NCBI GenBank assembly: GCA_051872335.1
Contig: JBJEDT010000025.1
Span: forward strand, 131,239-195,238
DNA length: 64,000 bases
Source of the DNA: Bacilli bacterium
GTDB taxonomy: Bacteria; Bacillota_I; Bacilli_A; RFN20; CAG-826
Direction of reading: 5' to 3'
Below the pieces are notes generated by a model. The model searched no databases. It saw only the letters and a list, made by a program, of their open reading frames with translations, and was not told the origin of the DNA. The position numbers were made by a program, and so were the translations under genes. Shown here one piece after another: positions 30,180-41,000 of this stretch (positions are counted from its first letter, which is position 1; each line of letters starts with the position of its first letter).

Positions 30180-31898
30180 TTAGTCATCTATTTTATAAGT
30201 TCTATGTAGTAATTCATGAGCAACATGAGAAGATGGTTTTTCTAGATATTCTTCATATAGTTTTTTAATTGAAGGATTTTCACAAGAAATACGAACTGAT
30301 TTATTTGTATCAATAGTTTGTAAACCTTCTCTACGTGCTTTAATAACTTTAACATGTGGAGTTACTTTATGAAGTGGTTGACCTCCTCCATTTACACATC
30401 CTCCAGGACATGCCATAACTTCAATTGCATCATAAGTTGCTGTACCTTCTTTAATTTCTTCTAGAATTCTTCTAGCATTAGCAAGCCCAGAGACAACACA
30501 TAAATGCAATTGCTTACCACCTAAATCAACATAAGCATGTTTAGTATTTGTATATCCTTGCATACCATAAAATTCAATTTCGTGTGGAAATTCATTGGTT
30601 GTTAACATACAAGCAGTTCTAACGGCAGCTTCCATAACACCACCAGTATTACCAAAGATATCAGCAGCACCTGTAGATTCTCCTAAAGGAGCATCAAAAG
30701 TACCTTCATCACAAGTAGCTAAATCAATACCATAACGTTTTAACATATTAGCAAATTCTTTGACTGAAAGTGAATAATCTGTTGGTTGAAGTCCTCTAAC
30801 TTTCATTTCTTCACGAGCAGCTTCAGATTTTTTAGCAATACATGGCATTAATGAAACTACAACAATCTTACTTGGATCTATTCCTTCTTTTTCTGCATAA
30901 TAAGTTTTACAAACTGCACTAAACATTTCTTGTGGAGATTTACAAGAAGATGGTAAATTAATTAATTCTGGATATTGAGTTTCAATAAACTTAACCCAAC
31001 CTGGACAACAAGAAGTAATTAAAGGTAAATTTTTATTTTCACTTACTCTTTGTAATAATTCAGCAGTTTCTTCCATAATAGTTAAGTCAGCACCAAAGTT
31101 TGTATCAAAAACTTTCTTAAAGCCCATCATTCTCAAAGCAGTAATCATTTTACCAGTAACATCAGTTCCTGGAGGTAAACTAAATGGTTCACCTAATGCA
31201 ACTCTAACAGAAGGAGCAGTTTGTATGACAACAAATTTTTCTGGATCGTTTAATTCTTCTTCAACTCTATATGTATCATCAACTTGTAATAAAGCGCCAG
31301 TAGGACATACTTGAACACATTGACCACAGTTAACACAATCATGAGGTTCAGAAATTAAAGTAGCAAATCCACGTTGAGAAGCAGAAATTGCTCCAATACT
31401 TTGAATCTTTTCACAAACGGCTGTACAACGATTACATAAAATACATTTACTTGGGTTTCTAATAATTGCACCACTTGTAATAACTTCATTAGGATGTGAT
31501 AATGGAGCATCAAAGCTTATACGTTTTATACCTAGTTCAATAGCTAAGTCTTGAAGTCCGCAATGACCACTTTTTTCACAAGCTAAACAATCATTAGGGT
31601 GATTAGATAATAATAATTCAACAATTGTTTTTCTTTCTCTTCTAACTCGAGGTGTATTTGTAAATACTTCCATACCCTCAGTAATATTTGTAGCACATGC
31701 AGGAACTAAAGTTCTTCTGCCCTTTACTTCTACAACACAAACTCTACAAGAAGCAGGTTTATGTTCAAAGTTAGCTTCTTCTTTTTTTAGATAACATAAT
31801 GTAGGAATTCTAATACCATGCTTTTTAGCAACAGCAAGAATAGTTAAAGAAGAGTCTTCTTGATATTCAAATCCATTAATTTTAATATTAACTAACAT
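30180..31898 (-). CDS. hydA: [FeFe]-hydrogenase catalytic subunit (HydA/HndD type, N-terminal 2Fe-2S plus 4Fe-4S ferredoxin domains)
   Basis: H-cluster motifs TSCCPGWV, MPCIAKK and CPGGCVNGGGQP. Confidence 0.9.
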   Translation of the reverse strand: MLVNIKINGFEYQEDSSLTILAVAKKHGIRIPTLCYLKKEEANFEHKPASCRVCVVEVKGRRTLVPACATNITEGMEVFTNTPRVRRERKTIVELLLSNHPNDCLACEKSGHCGLQDLAIELGIKRISFDAPLSHPNEVITSGAIIRNPSKCILCNRCTAVCEKIQSIGAISASQRGFATLISEPHDCVNCGQCVQVCPTGALLQVDDTYRVEEELNDPEKFVVIQTAPSVRVALGEPFSLPPGTDVTGKMITALRMMGFKKVFDTNFGADLTIMEETAELLQRVSENKNLPLITSCCPGWVKFIETQYPELINLPSSCKSPQEMFSAVCKTYYAEKEGIDPSKIVVVSLMPCIAKKSEAAREEMKVRGLQPTDYSLSVKEFANMLKRYGIDLATCDEGTFDAPLGESTGAADIFGNTGGVMEAAVRTACMLTTNEFPHEIEFYGMQGYTNTKHAYVDLGGKQLHLCVVSGLANARRILEEIKEGTATYDAIEVMACPGGCVNGGGQPLHKVTPHVKVIKARREGLQTIDTNKSVRISCENPSIKKLYEEYLEKPSSHVAHELLHRTYKIDD

Positions 31899-31912
31899 CT
31901 CTTTACTCCTCC

Positions 31913-33814
31913 TTATTTGACAATTGCTTTTGGCTTAGCAGGACACTTAGATTCACAAGTTCCACATTTAATACATTTTGCTGTATCTATTGCATAAGCA
32001 AATAAGCGTTCATTTTTAGCTGGTTTATCAGTTTTATAAATTGCTCCAACAGGACAGTTACGAGCACATAAACCACAACCTAAACAATTTTCTTTTTTAA
32101 TTGAATAATTTAATAAATTACGGCATGAACCAGCTGGACATTTTTTATCAACAATGTGAGCAATGTATTCATCTCTAAAACTATGTAATGTAGATAAAAC
32201 AGGATTTGGTGCAGATTGACCTAACGCACATAATGAAGAATCTTTAATAACATTTGCAAGGTTTTCTAATTCTTCAAGATCTTCCATTGTACCATTACCA
32301 TCAGTAATTTTAGTTAGAATTTGTAACATACGTTTGTTACCAACTCTACAAGGTGTACATTTACCACATGATTCCTCAACAGTAAATTCAAGATAGAATT
32401 TAGCAATGTTAACCATACAATCATCTTCATCAAGAACAATCATACCACCACTACCCATCATTGAGCCACGTGCAACAAGATTATCATAATCGATTTCTGT
32501 ATCTAAATCTTTTTCTGTTAAACAACCACCACTAGGTCCACCTGTTTGAACAGCTTTAAATTTCTTTCCGTTTTTAATTCCACCACCGATATCATAAATG
32601 ATTTCACGTAGTGTAGTTCCCATAGGTACTTCAACTAAACCAACATTATTGATTTTTCCAGCTAAAGCAAATACCTTAGTTCCTTTAGATTTATCTGTAC
32701 CAATAGCATTAAAAGCATCAGCTCCATTTAAAATAATAAATGGAATATTAGCCCATGTTTCAACATTATTTACGTTTGTTGGTTTACCAAATAATCCTTT
32801 TACAGCAGGGAATGGAGGTTTTAAAGTAGGTTCACCTCTAGAGCCTTCAATTGAGTGAATAAGAGCTGTTTCTTCTCCACAAACGAAAGCACCAGCACCA
32901 TATTTAATATTAATATGGAAATTAAAACCAGAACCCATGATATTATCACCGAGTAAACCTAACTCAGTTGCTTGCTCAATAGCAACTTGTAAACGATGAA
33001 CAGCTAATGGATATTCAGCACGAATATAAATTTCACCTTCATCAGAACCAATTGTATAACCAGCAATTGCCATTGATTCTAATACTGAATGAGGATCACC
33101 TTCAAGAATTGAACGATCCATAAATGCACCTGGGTCACCTTCATCAGCATTACAAATAATATATTTCTTATCACTTTTTGAATCACGAGCAAATTTCCAT
33201 TTTAATCCAGTAGAGAAACCAGCGCCTCCTCTACCTCTTAATCCTGATTTCATAACTTCGTCAATTACTTGATCAGGTGTCATATCAAATAATACTTTTG
33301 CTAAAGCTTGATAACCTTTAGTAGCAATAGATTCAGCAATTACTTCAGGGTTAATAAAGCCACAATTTCTTAAAGCAATACGATTTTGTTTTTTATAAAA
33401 ATTGATATCATCTTGAAGTTTAACAGTTTCACCATTTACATTACGATATAATAAACGTTTTACTATCTCATGTTGGCAAATGTGTTTTTCAATAATTTCT
33501 TCACAATCTTCGACTTTAACTTTTGTATAAAAAGTATGATCAGGATAAACTTTTACAATTGGTCCACGTTCACAGAAACCAAAACATCCTGCCATTGTGA
33601 CTTCGACTTTATCTTCAACACCAAATTTCTTTGCTGCTTCTTTTAATTTTTCAATAATTTGTAAAGAGTTTGAAGATGTACAACCTGTACCACCACAAAC
33701 TGAAATACAATATTTTGTAGGAGTTTCTTCATATTTACTTTTAATGTCTAATAAATCTTTAACATTATCATACATTTTAAGTAAATCTTTACGAGAATTA
33801 ATTTTCTTACACAT
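31913..33814 (-). CDS. hydB: NuoF-like flavoprotein subunit of the NAD(P)-linked hydrogenase (HydB/HndC)
   Basis: 51-kDa-subunit FMN/NADH site (GRGGAGFSTG), an N-terminal thioredoxin-like 2Fe-2S domain and C-terminal 2x[4Fe-4S] (CxxCxxCxxxCP). Confidence 0.85.
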   Translation of the reverse strand: MCKKINSRKDLLKMYDNVKDLLDIKSKYEETPTKYCISVCGGTGCTSSNSLQIIEKLKEAAKKFGVEDKVEVTMAGCFGFCERGPIVKVYPDHTFYTKVKVEDCEEIIEKHICQHEIVKRLLYRNVNGETVKLQDDINFYKKQNRIALRNCGFINPEVIAESIATKGYQALAKVLFDMTPDQVIDEVMKSGLRGRGGAGFSTGLKWKFARDSKSDKKYIICNADEGDPGAFMDRSILEGDPHSVLESMAIAGYTIGSDEGEIYIRAEYPLAVHRLQVAIEQATELGLLGDNIMGSGFNFHINIKYGAGAFVCGEETALIHSIEGSRGEPTLKPPFPAVKGLFGKPTNVNNVETWANIPFIILNGADAFNAIGTDKSKGTKVFALAGKINNVGLVEVPMGTTLREIIYDIGGGIKNGKKFKAVQTGGPSGGCLTEKDLDTEIDYDNLVARGSMMGSGGMIVLDEDDCMVNIAKFYLEFTVEESCGKCTPCRVGNKRMLQILTKITDGNGTMEDLEELENLANVIKDSSLCALGQSAPNPVLSTLHSFRDEYIAHIVDKKCPAGSCRNLLNYSIKKENCLGCGLCARNCPVGAIYKTDKPAKNERLFAYAIDTAKCIKCGTCESKCPAKPKAIVK

Positions 33815-33827
33815 ATGCTTTACCTCC

Positions 33828-34298
33828 CTAATATTCAGCTAAGATTTTTTCAACATCATCAGGTGTGATATTGCCATATGTCTTATCATTGATTTGCATT
33901 ACTGGAGCAAGTCCACAAGCTCCAACACATCTTAAAGTTGTTAATGAGAACTTACCATCATATGTAGTTTCACCATTCTTAATTTTGAGAATTTCTTCAA
34001 CTTTTTCTAAAATCTTACCAGAACCTCTAACAAAGCATGCTGTTCCTAAACAAACACTAATTACATATTGTCCTTTAGGTTCCATTCTGAAATAAGAATA
34101 GAAAGTTACAACCCCATAAACTTTCGATACATTGATTTTAAGTTTTTTTGCAATATGACTTTGTACAACCATTGGTAGATAACCAAAAATATGTTGTGCG
34201 CGGTGTAAAATAGCAATTAATTCAGTCTTATCATAATTGAGTGTTTCAATAAATTCATCTAATTCTTGAAACATTTCTTCATTTGTTCTCATATACAA
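33828..34298 (-). CDS. hydC: NuoE-like 2Fe-2S subunit (HydC/HndA)
   Basis: 156 aa thioredoxin-like ferredoxin with four Cys residues (CLGTAC...CVGAC). Confidence 0.85.
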   Translation of the reverse strand: MYMRTNEEMFQELDEFIETLNYDKTELIAILHRAQHIFGYLPMVVQSHIAKKLKINVSKVYGVVTFYSYFRMEPKGQYVISVCLGTACFVRGSGKILEKVEEILKIKNGETTYDGKFSLTTLRCVGACGLAPVMQINDKTYGNITPDDVEKILAEY

Positions 34299-34398
34299 CC
34301 TCCTATCAATAAAATAATACTGATTTCTTAATTATACAATTTTCGACATAAAAAATAAAGTAAAAGTATCTTTACCTTTACTTTATAACATTTAAAAA

Positions 34399-35166
34399 TT
34401 ATTTCAATAGGAAACTATTAATCTTCTTAAAAATAAATGAAATTATTAGTACAAATATAATAGTAATCAATGAATAACTAAAGATTGGTATCATGTTTGT
34501 TGGATCGTTTCTTTGAGCAGCTAGTATTGCACTACCCAACCCCAATGAGGTATTACCAGTTAAGATTTCTGCCATAATTTCTATTTTAAAAGATAATGCA
34601 AAACTACTTGAGATACCTAGAAGGATATATTTATAAATTAATGGAACTTCTAGTTTCATTATATTTCTAAAATTTTTCCCTCCATCAAGAAGCATGTTAT
34701 CCATTAAATCTTTATCTATATTTTTTATGCCACTTGCAATAGAGTCATAGATAATAGGAAAAGATAATAAAATAACCATTAATATAGGAGCATTTTTAGC
34801 ACCAACCAAAACTAGAAAAAAGAAAACTAATGTTGCTGTAGGTATAGCCTTTAAAGTTGTAATGATTGGTTTCATAAAGTTGTAAAAGAATTCAAAATTT
34901 CCAGCAATAATGCCAAAAATTAAAGCTAATATGAAAGATATAATAAAACCAATAAAAACTTTTAAAAAGCTAAAACCAATACATTTATAAATATAACTTC
35001 CACCTAATATTTTAAAAGTATTTTGAAAAACTAATAATGGATTAGGAAAAATCATGATACTTTCTTCAATACATAAAGATACAATCCACCATAAAAGAAA
35101 GATAACTATAATGCCGATAGTAAAGGCTACATATTTATTTGAAATAAATTTCTTCACTTGTAGCAC
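34399..35166 (-). CDS. ABC transporter permease (BPD/NitT-TauT-like inner-membrane component)
   Basis: 255 aa, 6 TM helices, and the EAA-like loop of binding-protein-dependent permeases. Confidence 0.7.
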   Translation of the reverse strand: MLQVKKFISNKYVAFTIGIIVIFLLWWIVSLCIEESIMIFPNPLLVFQNTFKILGGSYIYKCIGFSFLKVFIGFIISFILALIFGIIAGNFEFFYNFMKPIITTLKAIPTATLVFFFLVLVGAKNAPILMVILLSFPIIYDSIASGIKNIDKDLMDNMLLDGGKNFRNIMKLEVPLIYKYILLGISSSFALSFKIEIMAEILTGNTSLGLGSAILAAQRNDPTNMIPIFSYSLITIIFVLIISFIFKKINSFLLK

Positions 35167-36088
35167 CTAAACCAAATAAGGAAATAAAATTATCGATTGA
35201 TTCTTTATTACTAAATGCTTCTTTATAGCCTAAACCCAATCCATTGTTATCTTGTAAAACAGCTTTTGCAGCATTAGAATTAATTTGGAAAATAGAAGTT
35301 ACTTCTTCAGATGATAATTGATCCATACTTTCTTTAACGATGCTTGGATTTTCTAAAGCCTCATTAATAGATTCGTGTAAGTTATCTAAATATGCTTTGA
35401 GCATTTTATTATAATCTTTATCATCACTTTTTCTAACAAATAAAGAAGCTTGAACTAATTCTTTATTATTAGTTCTTTCTTTATATTCATCTTGAATATT
35501 TTTATAAATAGAAGCTTTTCCATATGTTGGAGCACTTGTGTTATTTAAAATCGTATACAAAGCAGGTTGAGCTAAGAAAACATAATCAACGTCTGAAGAG
35601 GTTGCAACATTTTTTCCAGAAGCCAAACATTGAGCTGCAGCAGTTGCATTTGTAACATATTCAATATTAGCGTCAAAATCATTTCCATATAAATAATGGA
35701 ATAATAAATCAGGTGTTTGACTTTGTCCAAATAAGACAATCTTATCACCTTCATTCATAACTCCATCTTCATCTTTTCCTGTTGATGCAATAAAGAAATT
35801 ACCAAAAGTAATATTGGATGCAAGTAAATAAGGTGCTCCATTATTTATTGCTTTAATTCCAGAAACAGTATCAATAACTACAATATCTTTATCAGAAGAT
35901 GAAGTCATCATCGCTACAATATTTGAAGGTGTACTATTTGTTTCAAAATTTGCATTTCCAACTTCTTTATAAAAAGCAATTGAAGGAGCTCCTGTAGGAG
36001 CAACAATTTTTAAAGAAGATGTATCAACTGGAGCACAAGATGCTAAACTTCCAATTAATAAGGCAATTAATAGTTTATTTTTTTTCAT
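35135..36088 (-). CDS. ABC transporter substrate-binding lipoprotein
   Basis: Start set at the internal Met (MKKNKLLIALLIGSLASCAP), which carries a lipobox. The longer six-frame ORF beginning MIKITY... is unlikely to be real. Confidence 0.55.
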   Translation of the reverse strand: MKKNKLLIALLIGSLASCAPVDTSSLKIVAPTGAPSIAFYKEVGNANFETNSTPSNIVAMMTSSSDKDIVVIDTVSGIKAINNGAPYLLASNITFGNFFIASTGKDEDGVMNEGDKIVLFGQSQTPDLLFHYLYGNDFDANIEYVTNATAAAQCLASGKNVATSSDVDYVFLAQPALYTILNNTSAPTYGKASIYKNIQDEYKERTNNKELVQASLFVRKSDDKDYNKMLKAYLDNLHESINEALENPSIVKESMDQLSSEEVTSIFQINSNAAKAVLQDNNGLGLGYKEAFSNKESIDNFISLFGLGATSEEIYFK

Positions 36089-36160
36089 AATATATTCCCA
36101 AATAATCATCAAGACTATTTTCCTTTCTTGATTATTATAATAATAATTACTATAATTATA

Positions 36161-36176
36161 TGTGATTTTAATCACA
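36161..36176. promoter_or_regulatory. Perfect CRP/FNR-type palindrome TGTGAttttaaTCACA in the divergent region between the ABC operon and the Crp/Fnr gene
   Basis: Read directly in the DNA. TGTGA-N6-TCACA is the canonical Crp/Fnr-family half-site arrangement. Confidence 0.55.
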
Positions 36177-36184
36177 GGTGTATT

Positions 36185-36772
36185 ATGGAAAAAAATATCT
36201 TAAATTTATTAAACGAATCTGAAAAAAGTAAATTATTTTATAAAAAAATTTCAAAAGATGAAATCCTTTTTAATGAAGGAGATAAGTGTCATAGTATTGG
36301 TATTTTAATAAATGGCGAACTTATTATTTCTTCATATACATTTAATGGAAATGAAATAGTTTTTAATATTATCAAAGAAAATGATATATTTGGAAATAAT
36401 TTAATTTTTTCGACTAACCCATTTTATAAAGGAAATATTAGAGCAAAAAAAGATTCACTAATTGCTTTCATTAATGAATCTTTATTAATAGATATTTTAT
36501 CTTCTAATCAACTATTTTTAAAAGCTTATTTACGATTGCAATCTGATAATGCAAAGTCTCTAAATGATAAGATTAAATTATTATCTTTTAAAAACGTTGA
36601 AGAACGATTCATTTATTATCTTTATATCAATAATAATGAAATAACTTTTTCTAGTGTGACATCCTTAGCATCATTTCTAAATATTGAAAGAGAAACTTTG
36701 TCACGTCTTATTAGTAGATTAGTAAATGATAAAATTATTAAAAGAGATAACAATCATATTATTTTGCTCTAA
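36185..36772 (+). CDS. Crp/Fnr-family transcriptional regulator
   Basis: cNMP-binding-like beta-roll followed by a C-terminal HTH (ERETLSRLISRLVNDKII). Start moved to MEKNIL... Confidence 0.8.
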   Translation: MEKNILNLLNESEKSKLFYKKISKDEILFNEGDKCHSIGILINGELIISSYTFNGNEIVFNIIKENDIFGNNLIFSTNPFYKGNIRAKKDSLIAFINESLLIDILSSNQLFLKAYLRLQSDNAKSLNDKIKLLSFKNVEERFIYYLYINNNEITFSSVTSLASFLNIERETLSRLISRLVNDKIIKRDNNHIILL

Positions 36773-36773
36773 A

Positions 36774-37187
36774 TTATTTTTCATTATTTTTCTTATTGTG
36801 ATCTTTTTTAAAAAAATCGTATAATTTAGATTTTTTAAAAGATGTGCTTATTTTATCTTTGATTTTTTTAAATACTTTGTCATTTAGAAAATTTAATATT
36901 TTTTCATGAAATTTATTAAATTTTGGAGCATAAAACTTAACATATATAAATAAACCTAATGCTATACATAAAAGATAATAAATACTTAATTTACCATTAC
37001 ATATATTTACTAAAAATAAGAAATATAAATATGAAAAAGAAATAAATAAAGGTACTTCTAAGATAAATCTTTTAAATGTTCCTTCCCATTTATAAAATAT
37101 CCGATTAAACACATACCATAAATGAGTAAAAATAAAACCAAAAAAGATTGATCCAATTAGAGCTTGAAACTGTTGAAGTAAAGTCAT
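36774..37187 (-). CDS. yabQ: Small integral membrane protein, probable YabQ-like spore cortex protein
   Basis: 137 aa with 3-4 TM helices. Lies immediately downstream of yabP, as in the Bacillus mfd-spoVT-yabM-yabN-yabO-yabP-yabQ arrangement. Confidence 0.45.
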   Translation of the reverse strand: MTLLQQFQALIGSIFFGFIFTHLWYVFNRIFYKWEGTFKRFILEVPLFISFSYLYFLFLVNICNGKLSIYYLLCIALGLFIYVKFYAPKFNKFHEKILNFLNDKVFKKIKDKISTSFKKSKLYDFFKKDHNKKNNEK

Positions 37188-37189
37188 TA

Positions 37190-37468
37190 CTATTTAAATA
37201 ACTTTTTTATAAATGATTCTTTACTTTCTTTTCCTTTACCAACATAAGAGACACTATCAATTGTACCTTTAATTAATAGTGTCCCACTATCCATATTCAT
37301 TGTGCCAATTGCTAAATCATTTCCTGTTACATGTAAAAAACCCATTACTGTATCAAGCAAAAACTCTTTATGATCAAAACTATCAATCTTTTTAACTCCT
37401 GTAATTGAAACTTGTTTACGTTCAGTGATTGTAATTGTATGTGTTAAATTACTTTCAGATAATTCCAT
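37190..37468 (-). CDS. yabP: Sporulation protein YabP
   Basis: 92 aa, YabP/YqfC-family pattern (ITITERKQVSITGVKKIDSFD...LLIKGTI). Synteny with spoVT and mfd. Confidence 0.7.
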   Translation of the reverse strand: MELSESNLTHTITITERKQVSITGVKKIDSFDHKEFLLDTVMGFLHVTGNDLAIGTMNMDSGTLLIKGTIDSVSYVGKGKESKESFIKKLFK

Positions 37469-37516
37469 ATATTAACCCCTTTTAACGATATGCTAAAAGG
37501 AAAGGTATTATAACTT

Positions 37517-38041
37517 TTATTGTCGAATAAATGCTGTTAATAGATTTCTAAATGACATTAGTATTTTATTTTCTTCATTTGATAAAGGAGTAGAAGAAAA
37601 AACTATTAAACAACCAAAAAGCTCAGAATCATAAGCTAAAGGATAAGCAAAAAAATTATAATATTTACCCTCACTATTCAAGTCCTCGTGAATAAATTGC
37701 GTTGTTTTTCTTTTTTCTATTTCATCTTGTACATGAATAGATATTTCTTTATTAATGATATTGTTATAAATAGAATCACTATTAACACATATTACTTTAT
37801 TTTTTGAACATAAAGCTATGTGATAATGAAGCTCTTTATATAAAGAATCAATAATTAAACTTAATTCTTTTATATTCTGTACATATGTATCATGAAGAGA
37901 AACAGTAACTGTATCATCTTCAATATTATAAGAAACAACTACCCTATCTCCTTCTTTAAGTCTCATTTTATTTCTTATTAATTTAGGAATTACTATCCTT
38001 CCTAGTTCGTCTATTCTTCTAATAGTTCCTATTTTTTCCAT
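37517..38041 (-). CDS. spoVT: Stage V sporulation protein T (AbrB-type N-terminal domain plus GAF domain)
   Basis: N-terminus RRIDELGRIVIPKLIRNKMRLKEGDRV is an AbrB/MazE swapped-hairpin. Total length of 174 aa and position downstream of mfd also fit. Confidence 0.8.
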   Translation of the reverse strand: MEKIGTIRRIDELGRIVIPKLIRNKMRLKEGDRVVVSYNIEDDTVTVSLHDTYVQNIKELSLIIDSLYKELHYHIALCSKNKVICVNSDSIYNNIINKEISIHVQDEIEKRKTTQFIHEDLNSEGKYYNFFAYPLAYDSELFGCLIVFSSTPLSNEENKILMSFRNLLTAFIRQ

Positions 38042-38091
38042 ATAAAAAACACCTCCTTTATAGTATTTACAAGGAAGTGTTATTTATGTAA

Positions 38092-41000
38092 TTAATTTAA
38101 ATTTGATTTAGATAAGTTAAATAAAATTTTATTAACATCTTCAAATTTATCTATCCATTCACCTTTTTTATAAAAACTAACATGAACTTCACCTTTAATA
38201 AAATTAACTTTTAAATAAGTAATATACTTTTGTAATTCTTTAAATAAAATATAACCCATACCATCGATATTTGAAAATTGTTTAGTACAAATTAAATCAA
38301 TGCGTTCTTTATATTCATTTGTTTCTTTTAACCAATTACCTTGTTGATATAACGTGATTCTTCTTTTAGTAAATAGTAGTTCTACTTCACTAGGTAAGGT
38401 TCCATATATATCTTTAACTTTATCATTTAATTCAGTAAGTTCTTCAAATGTTTTGGCTTCATCTATTTCTTTATATATATCTATTTTTTCACCTTTACTT
38501 ATATAACTAGATGGAATATATGCATCAAGAGATAATATCTTACTAGCCTCATTAGAAAAGAGTTCTTTTTCTTCTCCTTTCTTTTCGCTAAGTGCTTCAT
38601 TTAATAATTGGATATACATATCAATACCAACTGAATCAATAAAACCAGCTTGTTCTGGACCTAAAATATCACCTGCTCCTCTTATAATCAAATCACGTTG
38701 AGCAATCTTATATCCACTACCAAGTTCAGTAAATTCTTGAATAGCTTTAAGTCTTTTCTTAGCATCATCATTCATATTTTTATTACCTTTGTATAAAAGA
38801 TAAGCATAAGCAATACGATTCCCACGTCCTACTCTTCCTTTAATTTGATATAGTTGAGCAAGACCAAAGCAATCAGCGTTTTCAATAATTATCATATTAG
38901 CATTTGGTATATCAATTCCTGTTTCAATAATAGATGTGCAAACTAAAACATCAATTTCTCCATTATAGAACTTAATCATTACATCTTCGATATCATCTTT
39001 TTCCATTTGTCCATGGACAATACCGATACGTGCTCCTTTAACTATACTTTGTAAATATGTTGCCTTTTCATATATTGTTGTAACATTATTATGAACATAG
39101 AAAACTTGCCCTTTTCGTGCTAGTTCACGTTCTAATAATTCTTTAATTACATTATTATCTTGAGGCATAACATAAGTCTGAATTGGCATTCTATTGACTG
39201 GAGCAGAATTAAGTTGAGATAAACTTCTTATTCCAATTAAAGACATTTGTAAAGTACGTGGAATAGGAGTTGCTGATAAAGATAAAACATCAACATTAGT
39301 TTTAAGTTCTTTTATCTTTTCTTTTTGTGCAACTCCAAATCTTTGTTCTTCGTCGACAATTAAAAGACCTAAATCTTTATACTTAATATCTTTAGATAAT
39401 AATTTATGAGTACCTATAACTAAATGGATTGATCCATCTTCTACACCCTTTAAATATGCTTTCTGTCTAACACTAGGAATTAATCTAGAAAAGATTGCAA
39501 TCTTAATTCCAAAAGTGGCAAAACGTTCAACAGCTCTTTCATAGTGTTGTCTAGCAAGTAAAGTAGTTGGACATAATAAAGCTACTTGCTTACCACTATT
39601 AATTGCTTTAAAAGCAGCTCTAAAAGCAAGTTCAGTTTTTCCAAATCCAACATCTCCACATAATAAACGATCCATTGGAGTTTCACTTTCCATATCCTTT
39701 TTAATTTCTTCCATTGCTTCTTTTTGTCCACTAGTTAATTCAAAAGGAAATAAAGATTCAAAAGCATATTGGAATTCATCATCTTCTTTAAAAGCAAAAC
39801 CTTTCTTTTGCATACGAGTAGCATAAAGTTCAATAAGTTTTTCAGCAATAGTATTAACTCTTTCTTTAATGCGTTTCTTAGTTCTATCCCATTCATTAGA
39901 GTTAAGTTTATTAAGTTTAGGAACAGCACCTTCTTTTCCTATATATTTTCTAATTAATTTAAATTGTTCAACAGGTACATATAAAACTCCATTATCTGCA
40001 TATTGAATATGTAAATAGTCTCGATGTATTCCATCAACTTCTAGGGTTTCTACATCAATGAATTTACCAATACCATTTTTTTCATGAACAACATAATCTC
40101 CTGGCTCGAGATCTTGATAAGATTTTAATATCACTGCACTTTTATATCTATTTAAGAAACGGGACATTTTTGATTGATAGCCAAGTAATTCACGTGAACT
40201 TAAAAATACTATTTGCTCATCAACTAATTCAAAACCATTTTCAAGAGCAAATAAACATATACCTATTTTTTTATTAGGTATATCAAATGGCTTTACTTGT
40301 TCATATTCAATTTCATTATCATCAAGCAATAATTCGATAGCTTTCTTTTGGTGTTCTGTTGATAAACATAAAATAATATGTTTTGCTCTATCTAAGTAAC
40401 TTTCAATTAAAGTCAATGCTCCAGCAATAGTATTTGATCCACCGACAATTGAACGAGCATTAAAAACAATATCATTTTCTGAAGATGCAAAAGATGAACA
40501 ATAAATAACTTGATGAGTTGATAATACTTTTGTAAGTGATTGATACATTGATAAAGAACCCATCATAAATCCTTTATCATATTGGTCCATAAAGAAATCA
40601 CTTACTTCTTTGTTTAATATATCAGTAGTAGTTAATAAAGCTTCTTTATTACAAATAACATTAATGGAATTAGAAGAATAATCTAATATAGAATAATGAT
40701 TATTTTGAATAAATCCATAATATTTATATAAGTTTTCACTAATATTATTATTCTTAATTAAATCGATATCTCTAAATACAATATCGTTTAATGAATTCAC
40801 TAAATTACAATCAATATTGGTAATATCAAAACTCAATCTAGTCTTAATTTTATCTTCAAAGTCTTCTTTTTCATCAGAAGATAAAATAATATCAGTACTT
40901 GGTAAAATCGATACTTCATCGACTTTGCTAATTGATCGTTGAGTTGATATATCAAAAATTCGTATAGATTCTAAAGTATCATCAAAAAATTCCATTCGTA

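Noticed and set aside
32598-34095. Plus-strand ORFs inside the hydrogenase genes (32598..32858, 33597..33842, 33865..34095)
   Set aside because: Embedded antisense to hydB and hydC, which carry unambiguous Fe-S and flavin motifs.
35572-35754. 60-aa minus-strand ORF
   Set aside because: Out-of-frame ORF nested inside the substrate-binding lipoprotein gene.
36090-36184. Possible TPP riboswitch upstream of the NMT1/THI5-like-looking binding protein
   Set aside because: The leader is only about 95 nt and shows none of the conserved TPP aptamer elements (no CUGAGA or ACCUGA motifs). The region is better explained by the Crp/Fnr box.
39735-39957. Overlapping small ORFs on both strands within mfd
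   Set aside because: Internal to the 1176-aa mfd reading frame. Lys/Leu/Asn-rich artefacts.
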